The notes: generated by a model from the letters alone, not told the origin. A stretch of DNA of 64,000 bases from Tubiluchus corallicola (GCA_030141605.1 JAQGDQ010000424.1:62001-126000); one strand, 5' to 3'; shown: positions 12,415 through 27,300, counted from the stretch's first letter. Numbers and translations: made by a program.

Positions 12415-15400
12415 GTAAAGCAACGTTTTGTCTTATACACACCGCACACGACAAAAAATCCGTGTGCAACAACTTGACTCATGCGTGCGCTAGATGAATT
12501 CCGTTTTTCCAAATTTGCCACACGTAGATTTTTATTAGGCGTATTTAACTTTGTGTCCCGTGTGCAGGCTCGGTACTACAGTTTGCATGGCTAGATCATT
12601 CCAAAAATGCTATCATGTTGTTAAGTGTCGTCAAGTAAATGTTTACCATAGTTACCCCTGCAAAAGTTGCTGTGTAAGGTACAAATTTTAGTGAGGTGGC
12701 TTGTGTCACTGTCGCACATTTTCGTTTGCGATTTTTAATTAAAAAATGCTCCCCGTAGTTATCACCCGTAATTCTGCAGACACTCGTTCACGTCTCCCAC
12801 ATCTGTCTCCCACAAGTTTTAAGCTACATTGATGAAAAATGCCATTTCAATTTAACATTGCCTGCTTCTTCATTCGCTTTTCGAATTCGAACTAAAAAAA
12901 ACTCATCCGATTCGAATTCGAACGTTTGATCCTCCCCCCTAGTTATCACCCGTAATTCTGCAGACACTTGTTCACGTCTCCCTCGTCTGTCTCCCACAAG
13001 TTTTAAGCTACATTGATGAAAAATGCCATTTCAATTTAACATTGCCTGCTTCTTCATTCGCTTTTCGAATTCGAACTAAAAAAACTCATCCGATTCGAAT
13101 TCGAACGTTCGATCCTCCCCCCTAGTTATCACCCGTAATTCTGCAGACAGTTGTTCACGTCTCCCACAAGTTTTAAGCTACATAGATGGAAAACGTTTTT
13201 TCAATTTAACATTGCCTGCTTCTTCATTCGCTTTTCGAATTCGAACTAAAAAAACTCCTCCGAATCGAATTCGAACGTTCGATCCTCCCCCCTAGTTATC
13301 ACCCGTAATTCTGCAGACACTCGTTCACGTCTCCCTCGTCTGTCTCCCACAAGTTTTAAGCTACATTGATGAAAAATGTCATTTCAATTTAGCATTGCCT
13401 GATTCTTCATTCGCTTTTAACTAACCATAATTCATTCGGGGAATCGCCGTGTGCATCATGCGACTTTGTAATCTTGTCTATGTAAATGGCTTTTGACGTT
13501 TTCTCAAAACCAAAAGGATAATCTTAGTTTTATTGCTGTTGGAAAATCTTGCCGTCGTGAAATTTTGTCGGCCGTTGCTTTATAGATTTTGTATTTAACG
13601 AGCTTCGTACAATAGCATCCCGCACTGCCTGGACAATTCCTAAAATGTCTTATGTGTACTAATTTTACTGGAAAGTGCTGTAAGTTAATTTCAAGTATAA
13701 GTTTAAGGTAATGCACAAACAACCTGAAGAGGTAATCATATTGAAAACACTCGCGAATCTCTGGTTTAGTAGAATGATATTTAAGTAGAGAATTGCTTTA
13801 GTAAAATAAGAACCTGAGTTACCTCATTAGAAATAAGTCCTGTAATTTTTCAAATTATTTGAAAATACCTTCATTATATGATAACGCCGTCACTTTCTTG
13901 ACTCTTACGTGGCTTGAGCTCGAATGCGTTTTTAGCAATATCTCATATTGTTTGCTTGTGTTTCTTTATTTCACTAGTTACTGCTCGCACCTACGCCGTA
14001 CGTGATTGGAGTGCCTGCAAGTTTCTTCCTATATAAGAAATCCTTCCAGATGCCGAATGATGTGTGGGTGGTGGACCTAGACTCCAATAAGGTAGGTTAC
14101 AAATGCATCGCCATGGAGATGAATATCGTCTATGCATTGCATCTGATAAATGCATCGCCATGGAGATGAATATCTTCTATGCATTGCATCTGATAAACGC
14201 ATTGCCATGGAGATGAATATCTTCTATGCATTGCATCTGATAAATGCATTGCCATGGAGATGAATATCTTCTATGCATTGCATCTGATAAACGCATCGCT
14301 ATGGAGATGAATATCTTCTATGCATTGCATCTGATAAACACATTGCCATGAAGATGAATATCTTCTATGCATTGCATCTGATAAACACATCGCCATGGAG
14401 ATGAATTTCTTCTATGCATTGCATCTGATAAACACATCGCCATGGAGATGAATATCTTCTATGCATTGCATCTGGTAAACGCATCGCCATGGAGATGAAT
14501 ATCTTCTATGCATTGCATCTGATAAACACATCGCCATGGAGATGAATTTCTTCTATGCATTGCATCTGATAAACACATCGCCATGGAGATGAATATCTTC
14601 TATGCATTGCATCTGATAAACACATTGCCATGAAGATGAATATCTTCTATGCATTGCATCTGATAAACACATCGCCATGGAGATGAATTTCTTCTATGCA
14701 TTGCATCTGATAAACACATCGCCATGGAGATGAATATCTTCTATGCATTGCATCTGATAAACACATTGCCATGAAGATGAATATCTTCTATGCATTGCAT
14801 CTGATAAACACATCGCCATGGAGATGAATTTCTTCTATGCATTGCATCTGATAAACACATCGCCATGGAGATGAATATCTTCTATGCATTGCATCTGATA
14901 AACACATCGCCATGGAGATGAATATCTTCTATGCATTGCATCTGATAAATACATTGCCATGGAGATGAATATCTTCTATGCATTGCATCTGATAAATACA
15001 TTGCCATGGAGATGAATATCTTCTATGCATTGCATCTGATAAATGCATCGCCATGGAGATGAATATCTTCTATGCATTGCATCTGATAAATGCATCGCCA
15101 TGGAGATGAATATCTTCTATGCATTGCATCTGATAAACACATCGCCATGGAGATGAATATCTTCTATGCATTGCATCTGATAAACACATCGCCATGGAGA
15201 TGAATATCTTCTATGCATTGCATCTGGTAAACGCATCGCCATGGAGATGAATATCTTCTATGCATTGCATCTGATAAACACATCGCCATGGAGATGAATA
15301 TCTTCTATGCATTGCATCTGATAAACACATCGCCATGGAGATGAATATCTTCTATGCATTGCATCTGATAAACACATCGCCATGGAGATGAATATCTTCT

Positions 15401-18277
15401 ATGCATTGCATCTGCAGACATCTTTTGGGCTTATATTATATCACCTAAGTTAGAGCAAATATCGGGTGTTTTTGAAGAAACATTACAGCCAAAAAGGATA
15501 AAATGTGCTGATATATTTGTATTGGAATGTTCGAAAGCGGTTGTATGGTTGGAAAGTTATGCAAATACATAGATCGCAAGTGGCGTTTGGTTCCGCCCAC
15601 CTTGATGACGTCGCTTGCATTTGACCCCGCCCACCTTGATGACGTCACTTGTGTTTGGCCCCGCCCACCCTGATGACGTTGCTTGTGTTTGGCCCCGCCC
15701 ACCTTGATGACGTCGCTTGGGTTTGACACCGCCCATCTTGATGACGTCACTTGCATTTGACCCCGCCCACCTTGATGCCGTCACTTGCTTTTGGCCCCGC
15801 CCGCCTTGATGACGTAACACGTTCTCAGAAACACTGGCTCACTGCAAGTCGCTACAGCATGTAAACAAAGGTGGAAAACATGGATAACTCCTGTGTTGTC
15901 ATCTGCCTTAAGTCTCTAGTTTAAAAAACAGAAAAGTGCAAAGTTTTAAAAGTGGCAGAAAGACAACAGGTGATAAATGTTGTATCTTTTATTATATTCT
16001 TTGCTTCAGTGATTTATTTGTCGAAATATTAGTAGCGTTTGAGATTTGTTTCCATTGACTAGATTGTTTAAGTAGCTTTATTTATTACTATATTATTATT
16101 ACTATTAATATTACTGTTATTAGTATCATTATTAGTAGTATTAGTTAGTTTTTCTATTGCAAGTTTTCTTTCTGACCAGCAAATTCGCAAATGTGAGCAG
16201 CTTTACAAGTTACTCTCTCTGGCAGCAAACTCGCAAATGTGAGCAGCTTTGTGAGTTAATCTCTTTGACCAGCAAACTCGCAAATGTGAGCGGCTTTGTG
16301 AGTTACTGTTGACAACTTATCTCAAACTGTCTGACAGTTGCTTCGAGTTGATTTACAATCTAGTGTGAACATCTCGACAAGTTACTCTCTGCACTTCTCT
16401 GCAGTGAATACAGCAGGCAGCGTCAGCTCACGCTTACTGTCGGAGAGTAACTCACAACAAGTTTCAAGTCTCAACACGCTTGCGCGTTACTTGGCGAGTT
16501 AATTTGGTTAGAAAACTTGCTAGTCTGAACAGTGTAAAAGTACAACCATGAAATTCTCTTTGTAGGTTAGTTCTAAAACTGTCACTTGAACTAATATCTT
16601 AGAACTAATTAATGCTTCAAAAAGTAAACAAATTTTGTTTTGTTAATATTTTGTCACCTACATTTCATCAATTATAAAATTAAATTTGTCTTTGTTCAAA
16701 TTACACTGTTATATTTCGGTTAACCGTGATATGCTTAGCGAGTGGAGACATTAAAGCTTCACGTTTGTCAGCGCAGAAGATGTGCCACATTGCCGTATAA
16801 AGTTCACTTTTAACATGCACGCTACATGAAATTTTCCCTTTATTTGAACTATTTTGGACAATGTTTTAAAGCAGATTTTAACAGTTGGGAGAAACGAGAA
16901 GCTAAAGTGGACTAAAACCTCGGAAAGAACAACCGAATGTTGATCAATTTCGACAAAAATGAAACCGAATTGAAAGTGCAATTATCCGGAAATTTTGTTT
17001 TGTTTTGGTAACAACTCTAATCGTTGGCCTGTACTGTTAATTGCACATCTGCCTTTAATGTATTTCAGCAAAGATTTTTAACTGTAATTAGGGAAAAGTG
17101 GAGTAATGTTGGCTATTCAGTTTTATACAGTCAAGTCACGTGACCTAGACTGACTTTTTGTAGAATATATACATATATAGCATTTGTAAAATATTAATGC
17201 AAGTACAAGGTAAGTTATTGAAAAAATCTAAATGTGGTCTACAAAACCTCGGAAACCCCACTATTTGAAATTCTTCTGAGCAAGTGCGGTTACTGTGTGT
17301 ACTCAACCGTGAAAGCTAAGCCACACTTTTCATGGTCAGTAAGTGAGAAGTGACTACCTGTAAACCAGATTCTAGCATTCTGCCTAATCCTATAGTCTTA
17401 GCTTTCGAAAGCGCTAGCGTTAAAATAATAATTTCGTTTAGGACATGTTCCCTGATAACACCTTAACTAACTCGATACTTATTTCCAAGGTGGTCCCAAT
17501 TATTATTACCCGTACATTACCTGCATGCTTGTCGAAGAACCAGCGGTACCATTTTTCATGTCTTTGGTATGACTCTGTCAGGAGTTGAACCCGTGACCTT
17601 GCTGGTGAGAAGCGAGCACACTACCATTGAGCTACGTCACCCAGCTTTAAATTGTAGTTTCTTTTTGCATTGTTATAACGACAACAGGTTATCAGTAGAT
17701 AATAACTATGATGCTCTTTGTCATCTTTGCATTCTTTTTTTTCAGATTACTGTACCCATCAGTGCGGAGGAGTTACCCGAATTACCGGATCCGGAAGGTT
17801 CCATGTTGAAAAATCATCTCAAGCAGGCTTTGGCCAGCATGAGCATGAATCCTCAACCAATCAAAAACCTCGACACAATCAGTTCCGAGGCAGCGGCGTG
17901 GGTGCGCTCAGACACGCATCAGACGCATCTCGCCGGATTCAACCCGTTTATCTATGGCAATGATGTGGATTCGGTTGACATAGCAACGAGAGTGGCCATG
18001 GTAAGTCAAGTAACTGATGTGTTTTAGATAAGATGAGATAAGGATAAAAATTCATTCTGCTTTTGGTAATTATATACATCATTAACCCTTTCACTACGTT
18101 GTTACTTTTTTAAGTATTGGCTTTTGCACATTTGACAATAACATCTTATGGTGTGTTACTAAAACAGAATCTTGTAAATAAACAAATAGTTGTTCATTAG
18201 TGAGTACCAACATTAAATATTAGTTTTATCTCTACACATGCACACGCCTCTGCCCACACACCACATGCACGCACACA

Positions 18278-18309
<32 letters not shown>

Positions 18310-21300
18310 TGCACACCATCATAAATAAGCATGTACTTATATTTAGAAACCAGTTTTCATAAAAGATGCAATGCTAATCCATAATATGCAATTATTTTAT
18401 AAGAATGTACAACAATCAAGCAAACCTATGTTTCGTCAACAGTCTGCAAGTCATTTGCATGGCAACATACCATACAGTACAGTATTGGCTTGAGATGCTG
18501 ATTGGCTGGTTAGCGATGCAGCCCCAATCCCACGGCTGTTAAACTACAATGCTTTACATGACCGTAGCAGTGAAATAAACAGACCTGGGTGACTGCGCTT
18601 AGTACTGAGCTTGGACGGGCAGTCTACTGCCGCCATCCGTCCCTTCCACGAAAAACATGGGTGGCAGTGTGCAGCCTTCCGTGGTGAAAGGGTTAATTTC
18701 ATTTGACTTAACATTAAAATATAAACTACTATAAACACATGAAACAACAACATGAGCAGATGAACAACCAATCGTAAATTGTATGAAACAGTCGCCTATC
18801 ACTTGTACATTTAAAGTACATCATTAAATTAAATTTACACCTGTAGCAATATGAGTATTATGATTACCTTATTATAGGGTAAGAGACCTATGTTTAAAAA
18901 GTTAAAAGGGCAGTAAACCCCCTAAACCTAAAATTAACTAAATCGGCATTAAATTGTCTTTTCTGCACTTGGGATTGACAAATTCAGAAATCTATTGATT
19001 TTACAAATAAGACATTTATACCTACAGGATTTTAATTTTTCAAAATTTAATACGAGAGGACGCGATGGGTCATTTTACAATAAATTTTAACCTTTTTTAT
19101 GAAAAGATACTCCAGTTTAGGTACTTCAATACCTTATACCTTATTGTGAGATACATAATCTGAGTGCCAGGTACCTTACGAATAATACCAGTCATTTTAT
19201 TTAAAAAGATATATGTCGTCATTAGTAAGATTATTGTTCCAGCGTAATCACAGTGTTTTCAGTGATTTTATCGTGAAATCTACCCTAATCTACCCTATAA
19301 AATATTGAAAGGAGACATTGTTTTTTCCAAGAATGGTTTATGTCAGGGGTGTGCAAATTGCGGCCCGCGGGCCACTTGCGGCCTGCCGAGAGAATTTGAG
19401 CGGCGCGCGAAGAGATTTGTCAACCTAATGAAAGTGCGGCCCGGGCGATTACTTTAGTGTGTCCAGCTGAAGTCCGTGCCACGATCCCAAAGATAGTGCT
19501 CGTAGTTTTTTCTACTAGATCGGATGCCATTAACCCTTACAAGACGGTTGTAGCTTAATGTCACTGTACTACACAGACTGTGCGATACACATTACTAATA
19601 TGCATTGTGATGAAATTAGCACTATCTGTGCTGAAAGTAGGAATATATGGTTTGTAATATAAATTTTAATAACTTCTAAAATAGTTTCTTGAGTGTAGTA
19701 GTAATTATGTACGCAGGTCGGATGCCAAAAAATCGTTATTAGGCCCTACTGTACTTGCTCCTTGACCAAACTGCCTGTGGCCCGCAGGAATTGCGGGAAA
19801 GTTTAATGTGGCCCGGCTAGTCAGATAATTTGCACACCCCTGGTTTATGTGAAAGAATTAATACCACAGAAACGTTAATATCGTTTCGCGTTCGCGTCAC
19901 TAGCTCTTTGCCGTTGCATGTATAGTGACTTTCGTTAGTTAGATGAGCACTAGTGTCTGCATCTCAGAAATATGTTACACAAGAAGTAGGTGCTGCACCT
20001 CACAGTTCAGAGGTGTTCAATTGTGATGTAGTGCACATGCTCAAGAACTCATGTATGAGCACAGTGGTATACTTGAAATTTGAATTTTAAACTTAAGATT
20101 TGCCAATTTTTTGTAAATCAAACTGAATCTCTTAGAGTAGCACTGAACTTCAATTTTTGCTCTCGCAAACACGTGCAACACGCTCGTGGAATATTTGTGC
20201 TGTTGAAAATGATGTTAGTTTGTGATGTCATTGCTATTTGGGCTCATCTACTGTTAATCAAGTTTTTAACCTATTATTTAATTATCACAAATTCTTTGGC
20301 ATTATTATAAGTGTTAAAATGTATATACTTTTTGCCTTACTTTACAGTGGGATAGGATGTGAAAAATCATCCTGCTTTCCTTTAAGTCGTTAATTGAAAA
20401 CCCTCCATGCTAACTGGGCAAGCAGAATGTTTGAATGAAACACTCCGTTCAGGGTGATTCATTGCCAGTTTTGTGCAGCGCTTTCTGACAGATAGGAGGG
20501 CAGACGTTTTGTGGAATTGTGAATTATTAGCTTCGTCAAGTTTTCGGCTTTCGAGACGAAGTTAATTTTGATGCAGTCGAATTACCTGAGACAGAGATAT
20601 CAGTCGATCTAAAAATGCATCTTTTTCTTCAAATTCCCCTGTTAATAAGAACCCAATTGAAACTACTACATAAAATAATCCTAATTACTGAATAATGTAT
20701 TGTTTTGTTTAGATTTAGGTATCTAACTTTATTATTTTTTGTTTTCAGTTTTTTTTGGATAATTTGTATCATTTATACTGTTTTTATTATTAGTTTTTTC
20801 TTATTTGTTTTTGTTTTTGTTATTTGCAGCATCGCCGTTAATTTTTAAAATACTAATCTATTTATAAGAAAGGGCAGGAGACTAGATGACCCTATGGTCC
20901 TTCCCTGCCCTGCTCCATGATTATAATTACTTAATATTTAAAAAACTTTTGATGTTAAACTAATTGGAGAAAATAGATGTCTATTGTCTTCTATCTTCTA
21001 TCTTCTTGAGACAATCTATGTCTATGTCTTCCTTAAGGTGTAACATGACAAAAGTAACTTGAATAGTCAGCTCTTGGGATTGCTTGTTTGGTCATATTTG
21101 TGCTTGGCTGCATCATTTGCCGTTTTTTCTCTGTTTTTGTTGGGAAAGAAGCCGTGACTGAAGATGAGTGTTTATAGAAACTCGGTAACTTGTAAAAGCT
21201 AACAATTTCCTCAAACGTCATTCCTATCTTGTTGTGCAGTTTCAGGGATGAGAATTTTCCGCATTCCGAGTTTTTGGAAGACCAGTAGTGCCATTTTTGT

Positions 21301-24300
21301 AAATCGCTTAAATTCGCTGAGAAAATTTTTACGGACCCAGTACATTATTTCACAAACTGACTGCTAGTTGGCAGGCCGTCACTTTGTTTACATCACGTAC
21401 ATCAGTGTAACTACGTGTATATCTCTATGTATAAAAATATAGAACTAATTGTGTGGAGTTATTTGAGTCAATTGCAGACAGTTTTTATATACTTTTGCAT
21501 AGGAGCAGCCAGTACTTGGGTGTTTTTGAGACAATTAAGTATCTTGTATCCTTGATAGTTGGGTATTTTAAATAATGCGTGAAACAAGGTAATTGATATT
21601 TTAAGTCCACTTAGAGGCTCTCTATGGTCACAAAATTGCAATTTGTTGCTGGCTGCACATGGCTCCCAACCCCCCGGCCTGTTTCAGAGTTTTTTGCAAT
21701 TTGTAATTCTCATCCCTGCAGTTCAGCAACTAGTGTTGTCTCATATCTCGAATACTGCTTGCCCTAAAAGCAGCGAAAATTGGCGAGAAGCGAAATTCGA
21801 TTCTCTTTGAGCGAAACTGATGTTTGAGTTGAATTGTATCGAGTAAATAAAGTACGATGATCAATCTTTTTACTGATTTTATGAAGAAATTCTCTTCAGC
21901 TGTCGTCTTCTGCAATTTTCTGTGGTTTAATTTAATCAGTTCAGATCATGAGTGCAGGCTCTTCGCTCGGATTGGTGCATCCATGAAACGAACTTGCCAG
22001 GATGGTGCTGCCACCTGTTTTTTCTACATTTAGAGTTACAACAATCTGTTTCATTATTAAACCATTTTCATTCACTTCTGCTTTCCTTTTTTATATTCTG
22101 AACTTACTCATCCATGAACCGAATCAGCATGAGGATGCATTTCTGGGAAAATACTTGACTACGAATGTCGGGCTTAGTCACATCGCTCGACTATCCTGAA
22201 CGATGGGTGCATTTCCGGGGGAAAACTCGTTAATTTGTGTCAAGCTTAGCCACCTCGTTAACGACACTTCGGTTTGGCTGCAAATTATTTCACTAATTGC
22301 TCTGAATAGCCAGTGAAGAAGTTTTGCCGATATTAACGAGAGTTTATGACTTGTGTTTGCTCTTTTGAGTTTGCTACTAATGAGTTCAAATTACCGTGTT
22401 TACGCCTTAAACACTCCCTGTTACCTCCGGTTTATGAGTTAATCGCTACTGCTTATTGCACCAGGGTGCGCTTTTACACACAAATGTTATGAGCAACTTT
22501 GTTTCCTGTACATAATAAAACAAAATAAGGGTAAAGTTTATTCATTTTATTCCATTTATTACGTAATAATTAGGTGTTGTTCGGTTAAACTTGAATGCAT
22601 TAGTTATATATATATATATTATACATTTTGCAGCAACCAAAAATGAAACAAACAGTGCATGCTTTTCTTTAGCACAAGAATATATTAACTAGCAAGAAAT
22701 TATGTCTAACGTAAGGCTTTGATTATTTAATGCTTACGTTACCAGCATATTTATATACAACAGCGAAACTTGGGGTTTAACGATTACTCAAGAAAAGCAG
22801 ATTGACACATTTCGTAGACGTCTTCTTAGGAAAGTTTTAAAGATAAGATGGCCATACATAATGAAAAATGAAGATTTATGCACCAGAATAAAAGAAATTT
22901 CTTGGAGTTCAAAAGTCAAGATCCAAAGATTAAGATGGCTAGGACATCTTCTAAGATTACCAAATGAAACACCAGTAAGAATCGCTTTAAAGGAAACCTT
23001 AAAACTTTGCAAAAAAACCTTGCAGAACCTTGTTTCACCGATTCAAGTTTTCCGATTTTTCAACTATTTATTTACGTCACTCTACCTTTAAAATCCTTTA
23101 AATACTTCGTTTTTTACATGTAGTCTGCTATAGAATGTTAGTATTAAGAATGTGTTCGAAATTTATTTTTTTACAGCTTTACTTGCGGTTTTAATTCTCT
23201 ATCACATGAGCACTGAATTTTTTGCAATTGGTGACTTTTCATGCTTTTTCAACGTTTTCATTTTCAGGTACGCTTTTTCAACTCGCCTAACCTGCTGGCA
23301 AATTTCAGCGAGCACACGCGCACACTCCGACTGTACCCACGGCCGGTTGTGGCATTCCAAGCTAATGCATTCCTAAAGTCACGTCCTAAACGAACGCCAT
23401 TTCTCACTCGTTTAGCCAAGACGCAATCAGTAGAGTTCTATGCAGAGTGGTCATTGGCTCCGACGAATGTGGCATTTCAACGCGTTCATACAGGTACGTG
23501 GAATGTTACCCAGGTAAAAGCATTGTATATAGTGCAGGAATGTGTATATTTGTTTTGTAGTACATTATAGTATATCTGTTTTGTGGCACGTGGTTTGTAT
23601 ATCTGTTTTGTGGCACATAGTTTGTATATCTATTTTGTGCCACATGGTTTGTATATCTGTTTTGTGACACGTGGTTTGTATATTTGTTTTGTGGTACATG
23701 GTTTCTATATCTGTTTTGTGGTACATGGTTTGTATATGTGTTTTGTGGTACGTGGTTTGTATATCTGTTTTGTGCCACATGGTTTGTATATCTGTTTTGT
23801 GACACATGGTTTGTATATCTGTTTTGTGGTACATGGTTTGTATATCTGTTTTGTGGCACATGGTTTGTGTATCTGTTTTGTGGCACATGGTTTGTATATC
23901 TGTTTTGTGGCACATGGTTTGTATATCTGTTTTGTGGCACATGGTTTGTATATCCGTTTTGTATCACATGGTTTGTATATCCGTTTTGTGGCACGTGGTT
24001 TGTATATCTGTTTTGTGACACGTGGTTTGTATATCTGTTTTGTGGCACATGGTTTGTATATCAGTTTTGTGGCACATGGTTTGTATATCTGTTTTGTGGC
24101 ACATGTTTGTATATCCGTTTTGTGGCACGTGGTTTGTATATCTGTTTTGTGACACGTGGTTTGTATATCTGTTTTGTGACACGTGGTTTGTATATCTGTT
24201 TTGTGGCACATGGTTTGTATATCCGTTTTGTGGCACATGGTTTGTATATCCGTTTTGTGGCACGTGGTTTGTATATCTGTTTTGTGGCACGTGGTTTGTA

Positions 24301-27300
24301 TATCTGTTTTGTGACACGTGGTTTGTATATCTGTTTTGTGGCACATGGTTTGTATATCCGTTTTGTGGCACATGGTTTGTATATCTGTTTTGTGGCACAT
24401 GGTTTGTATATCCGTTTTGTGGCACATGGTTTGTGTATCTGTGTTGTGGCACATGGTTTGTATATCTGTTTTGTGACACATGGTTGGTATATCTGTTTTG
24501 TGGCACATGGTTCGTATATCTGTTTTGTGGCACATGGTTTGTATATCCGTTTTGTGGCACATGGTTTGTATATCTGTTTTGTGGCACATGGTTTGTATAT
24601 CCGTTTTGTGGCACATGGTTTGTATATCTGTTTTGTGGCACATGGTTGGTATATCCGTTTTGTGGCACGTGGTTTGTATATCCGTTTTGTGACACGTGGT
24701 TTGTATATCCGTTTTGTGGCACATGGTTCGTATATCCGTTTTGTGGCACATGGTTTGTATATCCGTTTTGTGGCACGTGGTTTGTATATCTGTTTTGTGG
24801 CACCTGGTTTGTATATCTGTTTTGTGGCACATGGTTTGTTCGAAAATACAAGTTCGCAATTGTAGTATTACTTTCTATCCCGAAAAGTAGGTAAGGAGAT
24901 ATAAAATAAAGTTTTTAGTGCTTTTTAACACTTTTTGATGATTTGAAGCTATAATATAAATGTCCTATATATTTAGCATTGGTTTTTATAAAATATGAAA
25001 AATTCACATTTGACCAAAATTTTTGGTCATACTACTTTGAAGTACCGTAACGTAGTTTTAGCTATGCCGACTTATGGACGGTTTTGCTATGCAAGCACAC
25101 ATAATAGGTAATAGAGCAGTGGTAAAGATTTGTTGTTGCAAACACAAAGTTGGATTTAATCCTGTGGACTACAGTTTTTGGGATTTCCCTAAAGAGAAAG
25201 TGCACAATGACCAACACAAAGCCATTTCATGCAGAATAACTACAGGAAAAATTGTGGAACCAAATACCCCTTAAAGCAGTGAGAAACCATGTCGGCTGTT
25301 GAAAGAAACGCCTTCGTCTAGTTTGCATTGAAAATTTTTCCGTGAATTTTAAAAATAGTGACAGTTTTTCTGGCATTTATTCTTTTTATTTGTGGATTTA
25401 AGATTCCCGTGTTTTTGAAAAATCACCAAAAATTGTCTTCGGTTCGGTTGCTTATGAACTTAAACTTTTGGTTGTTTCACAATGAAAAAAACATCTTATT
25501 ATCAGTGAATTAGTTGTACACTTGGGATGCGGTGAATCGTGTTCAGCTCAGATAACATGAACCTTTAATTCCGCATAATTACGTCTCGTTACTCTGAGTG
25601 CCTCCTGCTTAATTAAACATCCTTAACTGAATGCATTTTGAGTTGATTATGCTTGGCATTGTTGCTAGTAGTTTGCAAACAGTGACCGAGTCAAATCACA
25701 AAGCGAATGACGACTCATTTTGATTCCGCTTGACGTGCGGAAGCAGATCAATTGGAAATATTTAATAAGACATTTTGCGCAATCTTGTTTGCAGAAATTG
25801 GTTTGATAGATATTGTCGCAGTTTAACAAGTTTCTGTCGCTGTATTTGCTGTCTGGCTGTTTCGCTAATTTAATGCGACTAATTAAAATGCCAGAGCTGC
25901 ATTTGCAGTTTATGCATCAACTGCAGGCTCCAGAATTCCTTCTAGGTAACTATATATGCACCGCATAGTGAAAGTTCAGAACTAAACCTATTGTTTAACA
26001 AAATGTTACTACATAGCTAACAACTTAATGAAACCAGCATTAGGGTATTGGTAGTAAATTGTTACTTTATGTATTGAATTGTCATTATGCGCTGTTATGA
26101 CGCTAGTACATGGGAAAGTAATTTGAAATGTGACCCGTTTCTCTCATCATTAACTACTGAAACTGAGCATGATGGTCAAAAGTAATGAATCCTGGATGTT
26201 CGATTGCTCCCAAACTTCTTTTTGCTTCTTTTTTTAATTTGTTTATTTCGTAGTGTGGTGTAAATAACTAACAATAGCAACTATACTGCCTCTTTAGACA
26301 GTAACGTAGTTATGAGTATCCCCTTGGTATTTCTTATATAATATTATGAAAATTGCAAAAATGATCTCCAGCGAGTTAATAGCTGCTAAAGGAAGACAGG
26401 ATGATTTTTTTATCCCATTTTCAGGTCCGATGAAAAGTATACTTTTGAACACGAGTACTACTGCAAAAGCGTTTTTGATAATTAAATAATAGATTAAAAT
26501 CTTAATTAACGTCGGGCGATCCGAACTATTCATGACATCACAAACTAACATAATTTTCAAAGGCATCAATAACATTCAATGAGCATGTTGAACGTGTTTG
26601 CGAAAGCGAAAATTGAGTTACAGTGCTACTGTAAGATATTCAATGTGTTGTACTAAAACTATGCATGTTTTAAGATAAAAATTCAAAATTTAAATTTACC
26701 ACTGTGCTCACTCATAAGCTGCCGAATATGTGTAGTTCATCACAAACTAACACATCTGATCTTAGAAGTACAGCACGTATTTTTTGTATCAAACAGCGAA
26801 GAACTAGTGGCGCAAATGTGAAATTGTGTTTGTGTGGTAATAATTCTTTCACGTGAGTCATTTTTGAAGAAAATGGTACGTTTCCTTTCAATATTTTAAA
26901 GAGTAGATTATTTTGATCTGCAGTTTAAGACTGGGTCCAGTTTTGCTTTAGTGAAATCTCAGAAGATACATATGAGCTTTGGGTTTTTAAGTTTACAAAC
27001 CTAACGAAACTAGTGTCATGTCTTATTATTATTAGAATAGCTTTTTTCTGAGTTTTCAAGGGGTGGTATGCGCTCCTTAGTGGCTGCACCTTAGCTTTGT
27101 ATAATCAAACCTATACCCCCCACCTTTTCTTAATTTGTTCTTGATCACAGGTGTTTATGATCCATTGCTGATTGGTGATAAACCTAAGTGGTACAGCGGC
27201 CAGCTAAACGCCGTCTACTTTCAAGTGTTTAGCGAGCGATCGGTGCTCTCAAACGCAGTACTAGAATCACAACAGTGGGAGGAAGAAAATACAGGTGAAA

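Noticed and set aside
17535-17640. tRNA genes here and at 2730-2799, 9020-9095 and 55965-56030
   Set aside because: A and B boxes are present but I could not fold a full cloverleaf, and each continues into SINE body sequence.
23506-24894. Many 9-aa-period ORFs on both strands
   Set aside because: All derive from a stop-free 27-bp unit and frameshift together at one deletion.
25540-25930. TAATTA-rich unique stretch as a homeodomain enhancer (also 22200-22480)
   Set aside because: Such motifs are expected by chance in AT-rich DNA; conservation data are needed.
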